From Pyrodictiaceae archaeon (GTDB lineage: Archaea; Thermoproteota; Thermoprotei_A; Sulfolobales; Pyrodictiaceae): a DNA stretch of 64,000 nt. A model generated the notes under the pieces. The model ran no database searches. It worked only from the letters and a program-made list of their open reading frames with translations, and was not told the DNA's origin. Position 1 is the first letter of the stretch, and every line of letters starts with the position of its first letter. Location of the stretch: positions 472,645 through 536,644 of the forward strand of contig JALVSY010000016.1 in NCBI GenBank assembly GCA_027036135.1. The letters run 5' to 3'. Both the position numbers and the translations under genes were made by a program. This document shows, piece by piece, positions 59,361 through 64,000 of the stretch.

Positions 59361-60518
59361 GTGACCCGTGTATACGTAGCCGGAGTAGGCATGACTAAGA
59401 TAGGTAGGCACTTCGACAAAGGCTTCCTAGACCTCGCAGCCGTGTCAGCCTTCAAAGCCATAGACGATGCTGGGGGAATCGAGCCAGAAGCCATAGTAGT
59501 AACCAACATGATGTCCAGTAGGCTCAACGAGCAAGACAGCCTAGGAGCATACATAGCCGCTGGGCTAGGGCTACGGCACCGCCCAGCATTCAAGGTGGAA
59601 GCGGCTTGTGGCAGCGGTGGAGCCGGGGTATTCAACGCTTACACCATGGTTAGGAGCGGGCTCTTCGACGCAGTACTAGTTGTCGGAGTCGAGAAGATGA
59701 CCGATTACCCGACATCAACGGTTACATCTGCCCTAGCCCAGGCAGCCGACGCCGAGTACGAGCTCTACTACGGAGCAAGCTTCACGGGACTCAACGCGCT
59801 GATGATGCGATACTACATGGAGAAGTACAACGTGTCCCGCGACGAGATGAGCGAGTGGCCAGTAATGATGCACAGCAACGCGGTCAGCAACCCCTATGCA
59901 CAGTTCCACAGGAAGATAACAAAGGAGGACGTGGCCAAGAGCCAGGTAGTAGCTGACCCGATAAGGCTCCTCGATAGCAGCCCAATAGGCGATGGCTCAG
60001 CAGCCGTGCTCCTAGTCTCGGAGGAGCTAGCTAAGAAGCTGCCCAATAAACCGGAGGTCTACATAGCCGGGGCATGGATGGCTGTGGACACAGTGGAGCT
60101 AACGAACCGCGACAGTCTCGATAGAATACCGGCGGCCCGTGTAGCAGCTGAGAAGGCCTATAAGATGGCGGGCTTAGAGCCCAAGGACATAGACGTAGTA
60201 GAGATACACGATGCCTTCACAATAAACGGGGTAATGCTCCTAGAGGAGCTAGGCTTCGCCCCATACGGCCAGGCAGCAAAACTACTCAACGAGGGAAGAT
60301 TCCACCCTGGCGACAAGCCAACAGCGAACCCGAGCGGCGGGCTCAAGGCGAGAGGACACCCGGTGGGAACAACTGGTGTCTACCAGGTAGCTGAGGTAGC
60401 GATGCAGCTCCGAGGCGACTTCCCAGGACTAAGAGTAGACGGCGCCGAGACAGGCCTAACCACCAACATGGGTGGAGATGGCTCAAGCCTCTCAGTCCAC
60501 ATTTTGAGACACATCTAG
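59361..60518 (+). CDS. Acetoacetyl-CoA thiolase
   Basis: VEAACGSG, GVEKM, EIHDAF, GHPVGTTG. Confidence 0.95.
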   Translation: MTRVYVAGVGMTKIGRHFDKGFLDLAAVSAFKAIDDAGGIEPEAIVVTNMMSSRLNEQDSLGAYIAAGLGLRHRPAFKVEAACGSGGAGVFNAYTMVRSGLFDAVLVVGVEKMTDYPTSTVTSALAQAADAEYELYYGASFTGLNALMMRYYMEKYNVSRDEMSEWPVMMHSNAVSNPYAQFHRKITKEDVAKSQVVADPIRLLDSSPIGDGSAAVLLVSEELAKKLPNKPEVYIAGAWMAVDTVELTNRDSLDRIPAARVAAEKAYKMAGLEPKDIDVVEIHDAFTINGVMLLEELGFAPYGQAAKLLNEGRFHPGDKPTANPSGGLKARGHPVGTTGVYQVAEVAMQLRGDFPGLRVDGAETGLTTNMGGDGSSLSVHILRHI

Positions 60519-60547
60519 CACTAGTCCATAGGAGGTGAGCACTCGGT

Positions 60548-60970
60548 ATGCCCATAACAATCTCGCCCGCAAGAGTGTGGAGGGAAAGAATACCACGATA
60601 CCGCCTCGTAGGCAAGCGCTGCAAGAAATGCGGGAGAATAATCTACCCACCCAGACCAGCATGCCCGGCCTGCGGCTCCCGGGACCTAGAGGACGTAGAG
60701 CTACCCAGAACGGGCACCGTTGAGACCTATACGATAATCTATACTGTCATGGATGGGTTCCGCGACAAAGCACCCCTCCCAATAGCGGTAGTAAGACTAG
60801 ACAATGGGGCAAGAGTACTAGCACCACTAACAGACATAGACACTGAAGAGATAAGGACCGGGATAAGGGTTGAAGCAGTACTAAGGAGGATGAAGAGGGA
60901 CGGTGAACACGGTCTAATAGCATACGGTATAGCCTTCCGCCCAGTACTCTACGAGCAAAGAAAACAATGA
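60548..60970 (+). CDS. DUF35 Zn-ribbon/OB-fold scaffold protein
   Basis: CKKCG..YPPR..CPACG; follows thiolase. Confidence 0.93.
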   Translation: MPITISPARVWRERIPRYRLVGKRCKKCGRIIYPPRPACPACGSRDLEDVELPRTGTVETYTIIYTVMDGFRDKAPLPIAVVRLDNGARVLAPLTDIDTEEIRTGIRVEAVLRRMKRDGEHGLIAYGIAFRPVLYEQRKQ

Positions 60971-61033
60971 TGCAGCTCCTCTTCTAGCCACATTATTATT
61001 TTTCATTTAGAAAAGGCCTAGGGAAGCATACTC

Positions 61034-61513
61034 CTAGGGTATTGCTTTTAGTTCCTTTATGCGTCTAAAGTCACTATCAAAGCTGGCTATAGCGTTGACA
61101 TTGCTCCTAAGAGCTACAGCTACATGTACAGCGTCAGCTGGTAGTAAGCCATACTTATCGACAAAGCTGAGGGCGCTTAGCCAATCACTGTACAGCAAGG
61201 GCTCTATCCTCAATCCACCCGAGTAGAGGTAGTCAATGTAGTCGCGGAAAGTACTCAAAGTAGTTATAGCCTTCCTGCGTATATCCTCGTCATTAATTAG
61301 AGCCTCCCTTATCCTCCAAGGATTAGCTGTGCCTATTAACTCGCTAGTTTTTGCGAAGAGCAGTTTAAATGAGACTTCCTCGAGAACGAGTGGCGTAATT
61401 ATTCCAGTAATCAGTCCTTTTTCAACACTCTCTAGTATTTCTTGTGCCCTGTCTGCGCCAGGCTCGTCAAGGAGAAGCTTAAGGAATACAGAGGAGTCTA
61501 TGAATATTTTCAA
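61034..61513 (-). CDS. vapC: PIN domain toxin (VapC)
   Basis: FIDSS, LEE, PADAVHVA, SFDSDF. Confidence 0.92.
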   Translation of the reverse strand: MKIFIDSSVFLKLLLDEPGADRAQEILESVEKGLITGIITPLVLEEVSFKLLFAKTSELIGTANPWRIREALINDEDIRRKAITTLSTFRDYIDYLYSGGLRIEPLLYSDWLSALSFVDKYGLLPADAVHVAVALRSNVNAIASFDSDFRRIKELKAIP

Positions 61514-61746
61514 GCCCTAAGCACCATATAGGCTTCCTCTAACTCTCTTAGGCTAAGCTTACTTTTGACTATCCCGCGCATCCGAGACGTCATTGTTTCT
61601 CGGTCTTTTCTCCCATACCTTTCTATGAACATTTCCATGGCTTTCCTAATAGCCTCGCTCCTCGACATACCTAGGCTCTCTGCCAGCTTCGTGAATTTCT
61701 CTAGTAGCTCCTTGTTTACACGGAAATATACTCCCGTAGACCCCAT
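61510..61746 (-). CDS. RHH/CopG antitoxin
   Basis: VYFRV...MSRSEAIRKAM; overlaps vapC start. Confidence 0.88.
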   Translation of the reverse strand: MGSTGVYFRVNKELLEKFTKLAESLGMSRSEAIRKAMEMFIERYGRKDRETMTSRMRGIVKSKLSLRELEEAYMVLRA

Positions 61747-61868
61747 ACAAGATCCCTCTATATACGCATACAAGCCCTCCCTATATAAAAAGCCTCTGCC
61801 AAGCATAAGCCCTACCCAATAATACCTCTAGAGAGGAGTACAGTTACCCGAGGCTTATCAAGAGGGGC

Positions 61869-63143
61869 GTGTTCGGCGTGAACAGGGAGCAGGGTTTTGA
61901 GGAGTCTCGGTTAGAGGAGGTTGTCAAGGGGATCATTGAGGGCCGAGTAAAGCTTCATGAAGCTGACCGCATCCTCGGGAACGCTAACGCGGGTGCCTTG
62001 GCGCGTCGCCTCGCGCTGGAGAAAATGCTCGGTGTTAGCCTCTCGAGTATTGGTAGCACTATTCTTGACTTCGAGGAGCTCGTGAGCAGGAATATCGAGA
62101 ACCCTATAGGCGCTGTACAGATCCCGGTTGGTGTTGTCGGCCCGCTGCGCGTCAACGGCGACTATGCACGGGGGGACTTCTACGTACCCATGGCTACTAC
62201 TGAGGGGGCCCTCGTGGCGAGTGTTAATCGCGGCGCTAAGGCAGTTACCCTGAGCGGTGGCGCGAGGACAAAGATAGTCTATGATGGCATGACACGTGCC
62301 CCTGTGTTCTGGACCCCGGGTATAGTTGAGGCTGTGAGGCTTGTCGAGTGGGTCAGGGAGCACATGGGGGAGGTTAGGAGGGAGGCTGAGAGCACTACTC
62401 GACACGGAAAGCTCCGCGACATACAAGTGTTCCATACTGGTAACCTTGTGTGGCTAAGGTTTGTCTACGAGACCGGGGACGCTATGGGCATGAACATGGC
62501 CACCATAGCGACCGAGAAAGCCGCGGAGTACATTATGAAGAACTTCCCCGGCGAGACCAGGCTCATAGCTGTTAGCGGGAACATGTGCACCGATAAGAAA
62601 CCAGCACTAATCAACCAGCTACTAGGCAGGGGCAAGACAGTCATAGCCGAGGCAGTTATCAAGAGGGATGTCGCGCTCAAGGTGCTCAAGGCACCCCCGG
62701 AGGAGATAGACTACGTGAACAAGGCGAAAAACCTCCTAGGCACAGCGAGAGCCGGGTCCCCTAGCCTTAATGCCCACTTCGCAAACATAGTTGCAGCGAT
62801 ATTCATCGCCACGGGGCAGGACGTGGCACAGGTAGTTGAGAGCAGCATGGGGTACACGTGGACCGAGGTGAGGAACGGAGACCTCTACATCTCGGTAACG
62901 CTCCCGAGCCTAGAAGTAGGCACAGTCGGTGGAGGCACGAGGCTACCCACGCAGCGAGAAGCCCTAAGCCTAATGGGGGTAGCTGGCGGCGGAGACCCAC
63001 CCGGCACAAATGCGAAGAAGTTCGCCGAGATAGTAGCGGCTACTGTTCTCGCAGGCGAGCTCAACCTACTGGCAGCACTCGCAGCAAACGAGCTAGCAAG
63101 GGCCCACCGGCTACTAGGAAGAGGCGAAGCAAAAAAGAGCTAA
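61869..63143 (+). CDS. hmgA: HMG-CoA reductase class I
   Basis: [33 protein letters not shown]. Confidence 0.97.
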   Translation: MFGVNREQGFEESRLEEVVKGIIEGRVKLHEADRILGNANAGALARRLALEKMLGVSLSSIGSTILDFEELVSRNIENPIGAVQIPVGVVGPLRVNGDYARGDFYVPMATTEGALVASVNRGAKAVTLSGGARTKIVYDGMTRAPVFWTPGIVEAVRLVEWVREHMGEVRREAESTTRHGKLRDIQVFHTGNLVWLRFVYETGDAMGMNMATIATEKAAEYIMKNFPGETRLIAVSGNMCTDKKPALINQLLGRGKTVIAEAVIKRDVALKVLKAPPEEIDYVNKAKNLLGTARAGSPSLNAHFANIVAAIFIATGQDVAQVVESSMGYTWTEVRNGDLYISVTLPSLEVGTVGGGTRLPTQREALSLMGVAGGGDPPGTNAKKFAEIVAATVLAGELNLLAALAANELARAHRLLGRGEAKKS

Positions 63144-63223
63144 CAAGAGGGGCAACGGACCCTCTTAGGCATTCTTGTAAAAATAGGTTGGGATTCCTCT
63201 CTTTTTGTGCAGAGAAAACCGTG

Positions 63224-63397
63224 TTAGCTGAGGAGCCTCACTATTTTTGGCTGTGGCTGGACCTTGTAGTCCTCTAGTCTCAGGTACAGCTCTATTGCCT
63301 TCCTTATTATCTCGCTTCTTGTGACTCCTTTTAGCCGTGCAAAAGAATCTAGCTTCTCGAGTAGATCCTCCTCTACCTTGAAAGTGACTACTCTCAT
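63224..63397 (-). CDS. 57-aa RHH protein, aCcr1-like cell-cycle regulator (absent from ORF track)
   Basis: [57 protein letters not shown]. Confidence 0.85.
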   Translation of the reverse strand: MRVVTFKVEEDLLEKLDSFARLKGVTRSEIIRKAIELYLRLEDYKVQPQPKIVRLLS

Positions 63398-63467
63398 CTC
63401 GGGACCGCCCCCAACCCCGTGTCTCTTTCTAGTAGGTGGAAGCTTAGAGTAGAAGCTTACCCCGAGG

Positions 63468-63476
63468 AGTATTACT
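63468..63476. promoter_or_regulatory. aCcr1-box-like AGTATTACT in the divergent RHH promoter region
   Basis: Palindromic 9-mer between the TATA (~63515) and the aCcr1-like start. Confidence 0.55.
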
Positions 63477-63559
63477 AGAGACTTCTTGTAAGCGGGCTAC
63501 AGGCTGCGTTTCGCTTATATAGAGGCCTCTTTTACAGAGAGTATCTTGGGACGTGTACA

Positions 63560-63925
63560 GTGCCGACTCTTCACCTCTCGCTGCCAGAGCAGGTATACAA
63601 CGAGCTTAGGGAGTACGCTGACGAGATGGGGATGCAGGTAACGAGCCTAGTGAAGATGCTAATCCGTGACGGCCTAGAGAAGCTGCGCAAAGAACGAGAA
63701 GAGAGAAGGAGAAAACAGAGCGAGGAAGCAACAAAGGTACTACTACAAGTACTCAACGAGATAGAGCAGCTACGCAGAGAATTCCAGGAATACAAGGTAT
63801 ACGTAGAGGGAGAGCTATTCCGCATTAATACCAGCCTACAGGGCTTAAAGAAGCGCGTATCGAGACTAGAAGATACTGTAGAGGAGCAACTCTACCCCGT
63901 AGAAACCGAGGTCGTATCCCCCTAG
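63560..63925 (+). CDS. RHH protein with C-terminal coiled coil
   Basis: TLHLSLPEQVYNELREYADEMGMQVTSLVKMLI then heptads. Confidence 0.85.
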   Translation: MPTLHLSLPEQVYNELREYADEMGMQVTSLVKMLIRDGLEKLRKEREERRRKQSEEATKVLLQVLNEIEQLRREFQEYKVYVEGELFRINTSLQGLKKRVSRLEDTVEEQLYPVETEVVSP

Positions 63926-64000
63926 AGAAGGGGACGCTTACCCCCACGCCCCCGACCCCCGTGTCGCAGAAGGATCCCCGGGCTCCGCCCCACTCGGGAC

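Noticed and set aside
61911-63277. Multiple overlapping alternative-frame ORFs here and throughout the window
   Set aside because: Shadows of well-supported genes
63926-64000. GC-rich stretch at the window end (possible SRP/RNase P RNA)
   Set aside because: Truncated and lacks diagnostic motifs

Overview
64-kb chromosomal segment from a hyperthermophilic crenarchaeote. The order is most likely Desulfurococcales (Pyrodictiaceae-like), inferred from gene content, CTAG-rich coding DNA, PaREP families and an intron-containing tRNA. Housekeeping loci include the mevalonate genes (HMG-CoA synthase, thiolase, DUF35, HMG-CoA reductase), ribose-1,5-bisphosphate isomerase, amt-glnK, prefoldin, myo-inositol-1-P synthase, endonuclease III, an M17 aminopeptidase and tRNA-Lys(CTT). 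They are interleaved with many accessory elements: 3 HEPN-MNT pairs, 5 PaREP1 genes, 2 VapBC-type pairs, AT-rich cassettes for secreted proteins and several pseudogenes. Most notable: (i) a family of large secreted proteins with a shared N-terminal domain and a late hydrophobic hairpin, one paired with a PepSY-like membrane partner and one with a stop codon in its signal peptide (archaeocin/effector-like hypothesis); (ii) an aCcr1-like 57-aa RHH cell-cycle regulator missed by the ORF track, with AGTATTAC-type boxes in its own and other promoters; (iii) a probable pseudo-enzyme paralog coupled to R15P isomerase; (iv) a degenerate DraG-like protein near amt-glnK; (v) several unannotated palindromic operators and structured RNAs. 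No CRISPR array, rRNA or intact transposase was seen. All family calls come from motif recognition by eye, not database searches.
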